From contig CM119371.1 of the NCBI GenBank assembly GCA_051294905.1, positions 32,552,001-32,616,000 on the forward strand: a stretch of DNA of 64,000 nt. Reading direction: 5' to 3'. Under the pieces are notes generated by a model, which worked only from the letters and a program-made list of their open reading frames with translations, did not search any database and was not told the origin of the DNA. The translations under genes and the position numbers were made by a program. This document shows positions 1 through 13,204 of the stretch, one piece after another (positions within the stretch are counted from its first letter, which is position 1; the number at the start of each line of letters is the position of its first letter). This DNA is from Botryllus schlosseri (Eukaryota).

Positions 1-435
1 TATCACGCCCAGCCTAGTGGTTTCTATCTGTCATTTGTACTTGAAGTTATTTAGTGGTTATATCACATGAGTAAATGGATTTTTTGTCGAGTTTTCAATT
101 CCTTCATCGGGACAGATTAGGAAAAGAAATATGGAATTTATATTTCAAACGACTGTTTGCTAATTTGATGAGACTTTTTGACAACTCCAAATCCAAAATG
201 CTACCTCTAACATTTCATTTTCCCACAAACCCCAACAAAACATCTCTAAACATTAGGATGTGTCATCTCAGACGACCATTTTAATGATGTGAGTCCTGAA
301 GTTTTAGCAAGTATGAAGCGAAACCGTTATGCCTTTCCTAACTGAAAAAATAGGTTATCAATCACGTTACAAATTTAGAGGTTTCGCGGACCCCCTGAAA
401 ACGCTTCGTGGACTCCCGGTTGAGGAGAACCACTG
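1..435. mobile_element. Right part of a hAT (Buster/Charlie-like) MITE, cut by the window start
   Basis: Ends CGCGGACCCC...GAGAACCACTG at 435. Same family as 11829..13093, 14748 onward and 44717 onward. Confidence 0.75.
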
Positions 436-1164
436 ACCTAAAACTTCATATGTCTTGGTGCACCGTCCAATGTCCAACGACGATATGCCCATTTCTATAA
501 ATACTGCGTATTTTTTCTTGGGATATTTGGCAACTGGAAATCACAAATGTTGAATAAATATTCAAAAAATACTCCATAATTTATGATAATTCACGAAATA
601 ATTTTGGGCCCGATTCGAGCTCGCCCCTCCAATTGGGGTTTTGGGGGTGCAGCAGTTACGGTCCTGCTTATATAACAATGGATATTATTATTATTATTAA
701 TAAATAATGCATATACATTAATGCATAGGGCATACATCGTAAGTCAATCCATACTAGTTTCAATGTGGAACATAGGTTTGTTTTGGAGACGGGTCCACGA
801 AAAGTATTAAATCTTTGAAACCGCTCCGCAGAGCTAAAATGGTTGCCGACCCCTTCCTTAATACATACTTTATAGGGGTGTGTTCTGCGCATCCTTCAAC
901 GATTTGAAATCTTTTTATATCTGAAAACTCCTCAAATTATCAATGACTTTAGACAAACACTCATTGAGCAAGCACATGCATTGCAGTTTTGCACCAAAGC
1001 CACCCATGGCATGTAGAATTTTACTTTGTCTTAGATTAGAACTTCTATGAGTATGTTTCTGTGACTTCATTCTACGCTCAGCTCAGATAAGTGTTCTTGA
1101 GATGGTCTATCCACAATGTCTGAATCTCAAAAACTTCAGATATTCAATACTGAACCAGCTAACA

Positions 1165-2669
1165 CAGTGGTTCCCAACCTTTTTCATCTCGTGCCTCCCT
1201 TGGCCGAAATTTAAGCCAAAATTCCCCCCTTAGGATAAATCTGCCCGATGATTAAAAATGATCGTTTTTACGGCGCAAACACCTGTTGACTGAGAGAATA
1301 AGTACCGAGTGATTGTTTCTAGCAGTGCTGTAATAACACTTTGCAGACCTCTAAAAACAATGGTCTTGGTCCCAATCAAACAAATTGTTGAAGGCTTGAC
1401 TCAACAGACCCCCACACTTCCATTTGTGTTTTCGGCTTACCATGCACCAATCGCTAAAACAATTGCCGTGAAAAATCAGTATGCATAAGTTTACAGGTCA
1501 TGCGATTTTTTTCTCAAGCTTGCGTATGCATTTGGCAATAATATTGGTACTTTCACATATGGCATAGGGTTGACCAAACTCGAGTCTGACTCGGGTCACC
1601 ATTTTCTGATGACTCGACTTGACTCAAGTCATTTTCTCAAAATGCGGACTCGACTCGACTCGAGACAATCTGGGTATTGACTCGACTTGGACTCGAGTCA
1701 TTGTGCATGACTCAAACCAAGCCATATGACTCGAGACTATAAGACGGTCAAGGCCGCCATTTCATTATAATTTCGAAGAACAGTAAAGTGACCACCCTAT
1801 CGGAATTTCGTCTAGTGATCTTGGTACTTGACAATGCGACAAGAAACTGCTCAAAGTGAGGAAAATTAGTACATCACAAATCCAAATCATTCAATATCAC
1901 CAATCAGTGTTGACTTGAGTGTGACTTGGAATCGGACTCGAGTCATAATACCATGACTCGGACTCTACCCTGAGCTCGGAGACTTGGACTCGGACTTGAT
2001 CAATGGTGAATTGAAAGTGATTCGAATTGACTCTAGTCAAAATCATGAAAGTGAGATTGATTTGTGACTCGGAGCCTCGTGACTTGGTTACAGCATTGAT
2101 GTATAACGTACACGTGATCAGACTCCCTGCTGGAGCTCATTGAAATTTAGGACATCCACTACGTTTTGGCAACATTGCACCGAGTTTGACATGTCTTTTT
2201 TTCGATCAGGTTGCTGTTCACTAAAAATAAAGCAAGGCTAGCAATCTCTTTGACTTGAATCGATGACGTTGGAATATTTTGTCACTCTCTGAAAATGTTG
2301 ACTTGAAAATATAAAATATATATTTTCACTAGAGGCCTTGTTGTGATAGATTCGGCAGGACATTTGCTCGCTTAATATACATTTGATTGAGAGGCCGTCA
2401 CTGGCCTACAAGATTGCAGAAAATCTGAACTAGTTTACAAAAGGGGGGGATTTGTATGTGAAAAAAAAATTTCAAATAGCATTGGAACATAATTTCCGCA
2501 AACAAAAAACAGGCATAAGGAGCATACGTTCGAATATAACTGGTTGACTACATGACAGTTCGGACATGAACAATTTGAGAAATCCGTTACAATTCTAAAG
2601 TGGAATTCCTCCCTAAAAATTGCAAAATTCCCCCCAAGGGGGGAATTCCTCCCCCGTTGGGAACCACTG
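1165..2669 (+). mobile_element. hAT MITE with nested insertion
   Basis: TIR CAGTGGTTCCCAAC...GTTGGGAACCACTG. Perfect 8-bp TSD AGCTAACA at 1157-1164 and 2670-2677. Confidence 0.92.
1565..2098 (+). mobile_element. GACTCGAGTC-repeat MITE nested in 1165..2669
   Basis: Many GACTCGAGTC/GACTTG subterminal repeats. Colinear with 34344..34901. TSD not clear. Confidence 0.75.
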
Positions 2670-2739
2670 AGCTAACAGAACACATATCTCTAAAAATATC
2701 AGTAATAATCACCCACGTTATAAGAACGGCTGCAGAGAC

Positions 2740-2745
2740 TTTATT
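2740..2745 (-). promoter_or_regulatory. Candidate polyadenylation signal of ZF1
   Basis: AATAAA on the minus strand, about 300 nt past the ancestral stop. Present at the equivalent site of ZF3 (46121-46126). Confidence 0.4.
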
Positions 2746-3045
2746 AAGCGTCTAACCCCCGAAGCGGCTAGATGCGAAAGACACAGGAACAACACAAGAC
2801 ATCACTTCTATAACAGGGAGCGGTATAGAGCACGGCTGCCACATATTGACTGCAATTGTACATGTGAATATCCCTATGCATTTTATGAAACGTCAATGAA
2901 TTTACGTCAGGAAATATTGGAGAACAAAATCGAATAATTGGACAGAGATGAAAAAAAAACGTTTTTCAATTACCTGAATGTAATACATGTTAATGAGTTT
3001 ACGCTTGGAGTAACCCTTCGCAGTATATGCTCTCTCCCATACATT

Positions 3046-4747
3046 TCAACCAAGATTGTTGATGCCAGTATGCACATTCATATGCAGAGGTGGTCAGTAA
3101 CGAAGTACTTCTACTTTTTAGAGGTACTCAAGTAGTTTACCTCTACTTCTGGTACTTACTCAAGTAGATCTGAATTTCGCTACTTCCACTTCTACTTCGT
3201 ATTTTTTTGTGATCTACTTACTTACTTTTCGCTATTTTCAGTTTGTCAAGTAGAAGTAGTTTAATCCTTCCTCCAGGAAGATAGCCGGAGGAATTTCGGG
3301 GCTGTTTTGACGGAGTATCAACATTTATTTATCATAAAAGTTGAGTAAAACCCAGAATTTTCGTCGCGCTTCGCGCTCAGTGGATAAGGAGTAGCCAGTA
3401 TGATTACACGAAAGTATCGGTGAATATAATTTGGGTAGCGGGTTGGCGTGGTTCCGTCCACAGCGCATTGTCGCCCTTTGCCCATATGGAATAATTCACC
3501 ACAGTATGTATGGCTCATCATAACGTTTGAAACTGATGTTTCGCAATCTAGCATATACTTATCATATCGTAATCCAGCAGTCCATGGCCTGTCATATAAT
3601 CTGGAAAGTGAACTCGGACTTTTTTTAGTTTTAGAGCTGTTTTAGCATACCACCTTTGAAACTTTCTGTCTTTAGATATGAAATACATATTCCGCTTTTA
3701 GAAGTAGTATTTACATTTCACTTTCAATTCCCAGTATCATATACTTTCATCTCTAATAATATCAGTTCTTTTGTCTCGATAACATACATGATGAAGGATA
3801 AAGAAAGTGTAGTAATGCCTTTAATTTCCGGAAATAAAGCAACACAATATGGCATTTTCACCATATTTATTATTCACGTTTTATAATCGCGCAAAGTGCT
3901 CACACCGTATCCTATACAACTTCTCCTTATTTCTCTTCGACTGCACCACGGGCCTTATAATATGGGGGAGGGCGCCATACCATGATATTTTCTAAAACGG
4001 GCTGTTCGATTAAACATAGGATTAGTATCGCATTTCCATATCAATATTATCATTTTTATCCCATGATGCGGACGTATGCATATGCTGTCGAAAATTGAAT
4101 ACCTCCTGGTATATATCAATATGAATCAAGCTCGGCACCTTTCACATTGATCAATTTGCACCTTTTTCATCCATGTGAACGAATTACGATCGTTTTCACA
4201 ACTACTTACTTACTTGAGTAGATTTAAAGTCAGTCAATTTTACTTCTACTTCAAGAAGTTTTAGGTTGCTTATGGAAAAAGTACTTCTACTCGTACTTGA
4301 GTAGATTTTTTCGTCGCTACTTCCACTTCTACTTGAGTAGCTTTCTTGACTACTTTGACCACCTCTGTTCATATGTCGCCGGAGGTGATTCTTCTGATTA
4401 AACGCTCTACTGCATAAATCACATTTATGATTTTTGATGCCAGCATGTATGTAAATATGAAGCTTGCGGTGACCCTTCTGAGAAAATCATTTTCCACATA
4501 CATCACATTCATAATTTTTTACAGCAGCATGCATATCCATACGGATCTTGAGCTCACGCTTTCCGAAAATTGGTTTACCACATATATCACATTCTCATTT
4601 TGTGACGCATGCGTGCCTATCCATATGAGGCTTGAGTCGACTAAATGCTTTTCCATATACATCGCATTCATGACGATTGATGCATACATGTTTTTTCATA
4701 TGTAGCATGAGGCTATTCTTGTGAGTTAATTCTCCCCCACATGCTTA
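3046..4747 (-). pseudogene. Dead 3' tail of ZF1: five decayed C2H2 fingers after the current stop, split by a MITE
   Basis: Manual translation past TAA 4745: C*ACGGELTHKNSLMLHMKKH, CDVYGKAFSR---LKPHMDRH, *ECDICGKPIFGKRELKIRMDMH, CDVCGK*FSQKGHRKLHIYIH, CDLCSRAFNQKNHLRRHMN[MITE]VHTGINNLG* (TGA 3046-3048). The last two match ZF3 fingers 20-21. Confidence 0.9.
3085..4367. mobile_element. hAT MITE with TACTT/AAGTA subterminal repeats, inserted in the last dead finger of ZF1
   Basis: TIR CAGAGGTGGTCA...TGACCACCTCTG. Perfect TSD TTCATATG at 3077-3084 and 4368-4375. Empty site in ZF3 near 46457-46464. Confidence 0.93.
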
Positions 4748-6280
4748 ACATTTATGTTTTTTGATGACAGCATGTATCTTCATGTGAAGACGGAGGTTAT
4801 TCTTCTGGGAGAATACCTGGCCACATATATCACGTTTACCACTTTTTCTTCCATCATGAGTATCCATATGACGACTAAGGTCACGCTTCTGAGTAAATGC
4901 TTTCCCACATACATCGCATTGATGATTTTTGGTGCCGGAATGCATCTCCATATGAAGCTTTAGCACATTCTTCCTAATGAATGGTTTACCACAAACATCA
5001 CATTCATGTTTTCTGACACCAGCATGCATATCCATATGATAATTGAGGACAGGTTTATGAGTAAATGTTTTCCCACATACATCACATCGATGATTTTTGA
5101 TGCCAGCATGTATAACCATATGATTTCTGAGGTAATTTTTACGAGAAAATGCTTTACCACATAAATCACATTCATGATTTTTGATGCTTGAATGCATCTC
5201 CATATGAAGCTCTTGCTCATATTTCGTGATAAACGGTTTACCACAAACATCACATTCATGTTTTTTGACACCAGCATGCATATCCATATGACGCTTGAGG
5301 CTCTGTTTCCGAGTAAATGCTTTCCCACATACATCACATTCGTGGTTTTTGATGCCAGCATGCATATCCATATGAAGCTTGAGGTCACCCTTCCGAGTAA
5401 ATGCTTTCCCACATACAGCACATCCATAATCTTTGATACCAGCATGCATATTCATATGTTGCTTGAGGTCCAGTTTATTAGTAAATGCTTTTCCACATAC
5501 ATCACATTTATGTCTTTTAATGCCAGCATGCATATCCATATGACGTTTGATGTGACCATCCTGAGTAAGTGCTTTTCCACATACATCACATTTATATTTT
5601 TTGATGCCAGCGTGCATATTCATATGTCTCCTGAGGCCATCCTTCCCAGTAAATGCTTTCCCACATACATCGCATTCATGATTTTTGATGCCAGCATGCA
5701 TATCCATATGACGTTTGATGTGATCATCCTGAGTAAATGCTTTTCCACATACATCACATTTATATTTTTTGATGTCAGCATGCATATTCATATGTTTCCT
5801 GAGGCCACCCTTCCCAGAAAAGGCTTTCCCACATACATCACATTCATGATTTTTGATGCCGGCATGCATATCCATATGACATTTGATGTCACCATACTGA
5901 GTAAATGCTTTTCCACATACATCACATACATGATCTTTGATGCCAGCATGTATATGCATATGTTTACTGAGGACATGTTTCTGGGTAAATGCTTTCCCAC
6001 ATATATCACATTCATGTCTTTTGACGCCAGCGTGCATATCCATATGAGACTTGAGGTAGCTCTTCAGATGAAATGATTTCCCACATATACGACATTCATG
6101 ACTTTTGATGCCAACATGCATATTCATATGTCGCTTGAGGTTATTCTTCATTGTAAATGCTCTCCCACATACATCACATATATGAGTTTTGGTGTACGCG
6201 TTTTGAGAGAATTCTTTTTTGGCAACATCGCATGGATGATCATTCAAGTCGTGCTGAATAGATAATTTTTCTGACTCCAT
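4745..6280 (-). CDS. ZF1: tandem C2H2 zinc-finger protein, 511 aa, 16 intact fingers plus 1 with Cys to Arg
   Basis: 28-aa CxxC-x3-F-x5-L-x2-H-x3-H repeats with AGIKNHE-type linker. 34-aa leader. Start context CGACATGG shared by all three paralogs. Confidence 0.93.
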   Translation of the reverse strand: MESEKLSIQHDLNDHPCDVAKKEFSQNAYTKTHICDVCGRAFTMKNNLKRHMNMHVGIKSHECRICGKSFHLKSYLKSHMDMHAGVKRHECDICGKAFTQKHVLSKHMHIHAGIKDHVCDVCGKAFTQYGDIKCHMDMHAGIKNHECDVCGKAFSGKGGLRKHMNMHADIKKYKCDVCGKAFTQDDHIKRHMDMHAGIKNHECDVCGKAFTGKDGLRRHMNMHAGIKKYKCDVCGKALTQDGHIKRHMDMHAGIKRHKCDVCGKAFTNKLDLKQHMNMHAGIKDYGCAVCGKAFTRKGDLKLHMDMHAGIKNHECDVCGKAFTRKQSLKRHMDMHAGVKKHECDVCGKPFITKYEQELHMEMHSSIKNHECDLCGKAFSRKNYLRNHMVIHAGIKNHRCDVCGKTFTHKPVLNYHMDMHAGVRKHECDVCGKPFIRKNVLKLHMEMHSGTKNHQCDVCGKAFTQKRDLSRHMDTHDGRKSGKRDICGQVFSQKNNLRLHMKIHAVIKKHKC

Positions 6281-7053
6281 GTCGCCCTTGTTATGGAAAT
6301 GACCGTACGATGGTGTTTATTTATTACAGTGGAATATCTGTTTTCAAGTTCAAAGTGGTTATTACATATTTTCAACAATTTCTTCAGTGTATATACCAGT
6401 AAGCTAGTTCTTTGACGGTATGGCACTGTCTGATAAATATGAAACTATGAAAGTGTCGAACTAATCTTAACAAAGAGCAGCATTAGACTGTCATTGTCAT
6501 ACTATTATATCATGCAATAAAAATATTATCACATATTTAAACAATTTGGTCGGAATTAGTCAAATAGCATCAATGCGATCATCATTTTGATCACTTTTGA
6601 ATAATTCAAACTATAGACAGATAATACCACTATGAAAAACTATTGACAAAACATCCTCAATTTACAACAAATCCCCGATCAACTGGCAAAGCAACATAGA
6701 GCTTTGTGGTAAAGGTGCATATATATCTGCTGGTGCAGAGAACGTATGGCTCATTTTTGGACACGAAATGGCCTCGTAGTTGAATCTTCAATCTCGCACT
6801 TAATTCTCGTCTTGGTTATAAATATCGCTGTAACGATTTGGTGGATTTCATAATGGCCTGAATCATTATTCTTGTGGTAGCTGAGACAAGTGTATGTGAG
6901 GTTACCTTAACATACAAAATATAGACGTATGCAAGTTAAACTCAGATGTCACTACTAAGATTTTTATTAATGTCATTTCGACACCATTGGATTTTCGAAA
7001 GGCACAATGGCACTCCGATGTAATCCGGTTTTGACAAAAATATGTATATATTA

Positions 7054-7480
7054 TACGCTTACCATACGTCCTCTTTTAAGAGGATTTGTCCTCGTTTTTG
7101 GCTCTTTTGAAAGTGTCCTCGGAGGACGCCCTTTTGTGCTCTTTTTTGAGATTTTGTCCTCTTTTTTGAAAATTCAGGTCAGATTTAGAGCAAATTGCGA
7201 GTGATATGCCGCAAATTAGCACAGAAGTGAAGCTCCGGCGGGTATTTCAGGTCTGAGCGAAAAGATGACCTTTTTTTTTTTTAGTTATCCACCTGGCAAT
7301 GCGGAAAGAAAAACGGTATTTTTAGCTCTGAGCGGAAATAATGACCTTTTTTTTTTAGTCAACCGATCACAAAGTGGAAAAAATTAACCGGTTTTTCAGA
7401 ATTCTACTCCGGTTTTGCTGCAAGTTGCAAATTTCTGAAAAAGTGTCCTCTTTTTAGATTTCCAAAATATGGTAAGCCTA
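7054..7480 (+). mobile_element. hAT MITE (TAGGCTTACCATA / GTCCTC family)
   Basis: TIR TA(C/G)GCTTACCATA...TATGGTAAGCCTA. Perfect TSD ATATATTA. Relatives at 25988..26491 and 41965..42361. Confidence 0.9.
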
Positions 7481-10400
7481 ATATATTATCCCTCAGGTAT
7501 CACACACTTACACTATCATAACATTCGGGAAATATTAGTCTTAAATTAGAATTACGTTTATGATTCACAATGAGCAGACTATGGGACTTCTACAACGACA
7601 GGCCTGTAAAGTAGGCTACAAGATGTAAAATGGCAAATGATGAAAACACCGACATTGAAAACATCTATGTCACAAACGACATGGATATTGAAAAAAAAAA
7701 TTTGACTTTGTAAACAATTTTTACACTTTTTTGTCCTAAAGCAACAATTATTACAATATTTTTACTTTTTTTGCGATGTTAAAAAAAACCTTGTCTTTAA
7801 CCATGGAAAATCGCGCTTCGTTATAAGAATTTTTTGCGTCGTGACATTCAAAAGATATTAAATAGATATTACAAGAGCGCTCTGGTGTCGTCGCGACCCA
7901 AAATTGTACCATTCGTGTCCCATACTTCAAGAACTCCTGTCCTGCAGTCATAGTCATGTTTAAAGCGTGGTAATAACCGCTGCCGGTAGGCCGATTTACC
8001 TAAAATATACGCATTTGCTCGTACTAATCATATTAAAATCTGGTCCTGTGAAGACATGTACTCGCCGCAAGCGCAACGGAGATTTTCAAGTTGAATAGAT
8101 CTCCAACAAACGACCAACGTAATATTTTAGGCCCCTTCTATCTCTCCAGAAATGGGGGTTTGGGGTGCAGCAGCTATGACCCTGGTAGATCGTCTTCAGG
8201 GGCGTCAAACATACGGCCCACGGGCCGATTCCGTCATACCAGGCCATTTTATGCGGAAGCAATTATGAGTGAATTCTTGTATTATCCAGCACGTTTACAA
8301 CAAATGTTGTTCACAGAAGCCAAAAAGCCAACGCTAGACCGTCTTGACATAAACCCAAATTGCGATTTAATACTAATGAGCATGATTTAAATATCTGCGT
8401 TTATAGTCAAACTTGAAACGAAATGGAGCATAGAAATATGCAAAGTTATGTTGTCGTTAAAGCCACTATTTCAGTGGTTTATAACTGTATTCAGCCGGCC
8501 AATCATCGTACTCTTGCCAATTCGATTGTTTGCGAATGAAGGTGTTTTTACAATGGAGCCACAAATGAACCGTAACTATCACGTACACAGGCACCTAGAA
8601 AGATTTGTGCACATTATGGCCGTCCGATCACTTCGCGAAACCCAATGATCCAATTCCCTCATCCACCACGTAGTTGGGGCGTTAGTTCCACCATGGTAAG
8701 GAATAATATAGCCATACTGTACCAGCTTCTTTAAACAATTTTTTGGTGAATGGGATAGGTCAACTACAGAGAAGTAGAGAAATATTTTTAATATGCGAGA
8801 TGTACGACTGTACAGGTACACAGTATCTCCTGCACCTATTTAATTTGCAATGTCATACAATCAATTCATGTGCTTCTTACATTGTGTGCAATGATTTCAC
8901 GGCTGGACATTTTAACCTTACGCTTTTAGAAGTAGTAGGCTATTTATGTTTCATTTGCATTTCCCAGTATCATATTCTTTGAGTTATAATTAATGTCAGT
9001 TCTTTTGTCTGGATAACATACATGTTGAAGTATAAATGCAAGTGTAGTAATGCCTTTAATTTCCTAAAATAAAGCTACACAATATGGCATCTTTACGGTC
9101 CACAATATATTTTATTAACGTTTACTAATCGCGCACAGTGTTTACAGCGTATCTTATACAATTTCTCCGTATTGCTATCCGACTAAATTACGGATCTTGT
9201 AATATGGGGATGGTGATATTGACGCATCTGGAGTCATAGCTTGAATCGAGTACCATTTTCCGAATGACCTGACTTGAGTCACTCCACTGAAATAAATCGA
9301 CTTGACTTGAGTTTGACGCATGCATATTATTAAATCATTCATGACTTGAGCGTGATTTTTTAAAAGTCTTTTAAGTCATCAACTATTCTGCCTCGCAAAA
9401 CCTCTCGATCAATAGGCATTCTATAATCCTTTATTCACTGGATTCGACTTCCGTTTACGTTTCGGATTTGTTAAGTTCGATCAGCATGCAGCGACATCTT
9501 ATTTTCAGCATTCTCATTCCATTATACACATAGAAGAGTATATTACAGCAGACAAGATTCATTTAGACAACGAGTGACGTATGTACTACCCTGGAAGAAT
9601 CCATACCTGACTATCGAAACATCAACTTCTCAACCTCTCTCATATTGGATGACTTATGGTTAGCAATCAAAGTTACAAAATATTCTAAAGACTAGTGAAT
9701 TAGACAACGAGTACACGCCGCGCACAATATGTGCAATATTTTCAACACAGACCTGCACAAATTAGGCTACTGCATTTTCAATAAGCGCAGCTACAATTAC
9801 TACTACAAATACTCAATTTTTGAAACTAGCAATTAGAACTAAATACAGAACTACTCACTTTTCAAACTACGCACTCATAACTAGAACTGGAACTAATTTT
9901 TTAAAGCCCGCAACTAGAACTAGATCTAGATCCAGCTAGAACTAACGACATTGCAAAATTAATACACCGCTGAATATATAGCAAAATTTTGACTTGACCC
10001 GCGAACCTATATTCACTGCTTCTTATTCTCTGAAAAATAATTTCATTTTACTAGGGGACACATTGATTTTTATTTTGTCGGAAATACTATACACGGAATC
10101 GTCATTCCAAAAGGAAGTGATTCGAGTTTGAAATGGGAGAGATTTCGACCCTCAAACCACACCCGCTGGCTACGCAACTGTCAACAGTGATGGCTTTGAG
10201 CTATCAAACGGTGCATAAAGATCATTCAACAGAACACCGGTATATCGAATCACGCAAAACGACAACACGGGCCTTTTAGTTGTTTGGCAACTAATATTCT
10301 TCAAATGCGAAACTAGAACTAGAACTATAGAACTACTCACTTTTCAATATCCGCATTTAAAAATAGAACCACTCACTTTTCAAAATCCGAAAATAGAACT

Positions 10401-11828
10401 AGAACTAGAACTACTCCGTTTTTAAAATCTTCAACTGGAAATAGGACTTGAACTACTCAAAACACCGTTAGTTATAGTTGAACGGCAACCAACTAAACGA
10501 GTAATGTGTACAAGCTTTTTTCAACAGTTTAACTATGACTTAACCCTCAAGTAATATAAAATAAATTAGTAGGGTATTTCAACAAATACGAATCCAAGCT
10601 GCATCGTAAATCAATTCGAGTAGATTTCATACTCGAAATGCTGGTACGCTATATGATCCATTTTTCCAGCGACAAATGATATTGACATGCTTTTAGATAA
10701 ACATTGTTTTGTCAAATTCTACACTGGTTTCTGAACATTATCCCTGGCGCGTGTGCTATCATGTGTATGGTAATTTTAGAGGGTATCAGGCAAAATGGTC
10801 ATATTTCATCATAGGATACGTATCAGGGTACAAGTAGCACACATTACCGATTCCATAAACAATATTCTATATTCGTAATCGCGCTATCTTCCCAATGTAA
10901 AATATATCGCATAGCAAGCTATCTGGAAAGCAGGGTTAGCCTGACTAATGCTGACTATGAGCTTCCCATAATACTCACGTTCAGATAGACTACCGATAGC
11001 GTCGCTAACACCGTTAACGTGCATAGCGAGCTTTTACCTCGATTTTGTAAGTCACGCGACGATGCATGAAACAGACTGAAGCCGGATGTAATTTAATGCC
11101 AAACCCCCATGCACGAATCGCGTTAACGCGCTGCGCGTGTACAGCTGTGAAAATGCTGATAAATCAATGGCCAGTTCCCTGAACAATGAATACTCTTAAT
11201 AGTGATATACGTGTGGCTATCAACCATTTTCAAAGTGATCTTTTTATATTGTGTTGTACCTACAACTGTTGCAGCTTACTTTTATTCATAAGTAGGCCTA
11301 TATGACAAGAGAATCATATTGAAATCATAGTTGTACTTTGAACTATGTCCTGTTTGCCTTTAAAGTTTTATTGCAAACAGTATATATATATATAAATTCA
11401 TTGGCATAAACATTAAATATTGCACCGTGTTCAGTTGACATACTAAATCACATGATCCAACATGCACTCAGTAGTAACTATTTCTGCGGTACGAAAATGA
11501 CCATCATTTATAATATAACGTTACAGATTTGCACTTTGCCGTACATGGGCTACTCGAAATAATGCTCGGAGGTATCGGGCTACAAACATTGTCCACACAA
11601 AGGGGAAACAGTAGATAAAATCTTATGTAGGTGATAAATGAGGCCACAATACCCTGATCTCAATCAAAACAGTTGCAAAGTAATATTCATATAACGTACA
11701 ATGTACATCATGGATAGAGTTGTCTCGATGATTTTAAATCTAAGCATGTCATTGGGAGGTATTTGAAAGCCAACGTCGTCTTCTAGAAACTTTTTAATAC
11801 CTATATTCAAACGAACGTCTTGCTAGTG

Positions 11829-13093
11829 CAGCGGTTCTCAAACGGGGGTCTGCGGACCCCTGGGGGTCTGCGAAGCCTCTAAACTTGCAAAATGATTTAT
11901 TATTGTAAGTCAGTTTTCGCTTCATTACTCCTACAACTTCATGACTCACATCGACATAAAGGCCGTCTGAAATGACATGTCCTACTGCGCAAACTCATTT
12001 TAATTGCCAAATTGCCAATAGCCTACTGATAAAAAAGGTATTGCGGTTCAGAGAAGTTTGTTGGAGTGATATACAAAACCATTAACCCAGACCAACTTCA
12101 AGATGAGCTCCTGAATGAAAATGGATAGGATGGACGTTATGTGTTCAATGAAAAATCGGAGTCTCGATTTTGGTGCTATATATGGTGCGATCATACTCAA
12201 AGGGGTCGTCAGTTCCCATTATTATACCATTCACCCCACCCATATTTATAGAAATAAATTTTCGGCACTCGGTCATATCAAATCGAAGAGGCGGAGTTTC
12301 AAGACATGGCCACGAATTTCAGGAAAGTCAGCTTCAGAATTTGTTACCGTCTACCCAATTTTCACATAAATAGTGTGATATTAGTTTGTTGCAATATTTA
12401 GCACTATAGCCAGCAATTAATATTCGTAAAACACAGATGACGATTGCCCGATAATTAAAGCTTGTTTGTGGTATTCATGGTGTTTTTCGACTACTATGGT
12501 CTTTCACACTAGACCATTGTTGCTCATTTTTATTTAATAGCTGCCGACTTCTATCATGACCCGCTTCTAGGCTTTTATAAGACACTGTTTACATGAGATG
12601 GCGAGGAGGAACTTGGATAAGCCTCCAATACATGGGTAGGTATTTTGGAGGCGACCTCGGTCGGACTCGAACCCGCAACCCAGTGGTGGTTGCTGCTGTT
12701 TGTTTATTTTCTGAGGTATTCATGGTGTTAGTCGACTACCATTGGACATTTTTCATTCCTTAACTGCCGGTTTATACCACGGCCCACTTCTAGGCTTTTT
12801 GTGAGACACCGCTTACGCGGATGAGGTGGCGAGGAGGAGCCTAGATAAACCTCCAGCATTTAGGTATAGGAATTCTGAAGTCGTCCTCGGTCGGACTCGA
12901 ACCGGCAACCATTGGTGTTGCACCCGCGGATCTCGCCACCGTGTTGCTGCTGTGGAATGTGGATTATACCACTACGCTATCTCGTTAAATTGAGCTAAAT
13001 TGAGCTAAATTGAACTAAAATTTGGGGAGGGGTCCGCGGGGTCCTTGGTGGTCCAAAAGGGGTCCGCGAAGACAAAAAGGTTGAGAACCATTG
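11829..13093. mobile_element. hAT MITE containing two SINE copies
   Basis: TIR CAGCGGTTCTCAA...TTGAGAACCATTG. Perfect TSD TGCTAGTG. Empty paralogous site near 31992-31999. Confidence 0.92.
12462..12983 (-). mobile_element. Two tandem copies of a tRNA-derived SINE (about 12462-12690 and 12697-12983)
   Basis: B-box GGTTCGAGTCC on the minus strand in both. A-box-like TAGCGTAGTGG in the second. Shared body. Plus-strand relative at 62436, 3' fragments near 35450 and 51625. Confidence 0.75.
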
Positions 13094-13148
13094 TGCTAGT
13101 GAATTTCGTCATCCACCACCGGCAACTTCCACGCCATAATCGACTCTG

Positions 13149-13204
13149 CAGCTACATTTCTATTGCTCCAAACCTGCAGGTTTGGAGCAATAGAAATGTA
13201 GCTG
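13149..13204. repeat. Perfect 56-bp spacerless palindrome
   Basis: CAGCTACATTTCTATTGCTCCAAACCTG|CAGGTTTGGAGCAATAGAAATGTAGCTG, 28 of 28 pairs checked. Confidence 0.97.

Noticed and set aside
4427..6076. Long plus-strand and alternate-frame ORFs over the zinc-finger arrays (also 24962..25417 and 46516..48279)
   Set aside because: Shadows of the 84-bp finger repeat, whose antisense frame is poor in stops. They break at different places in each paralog.
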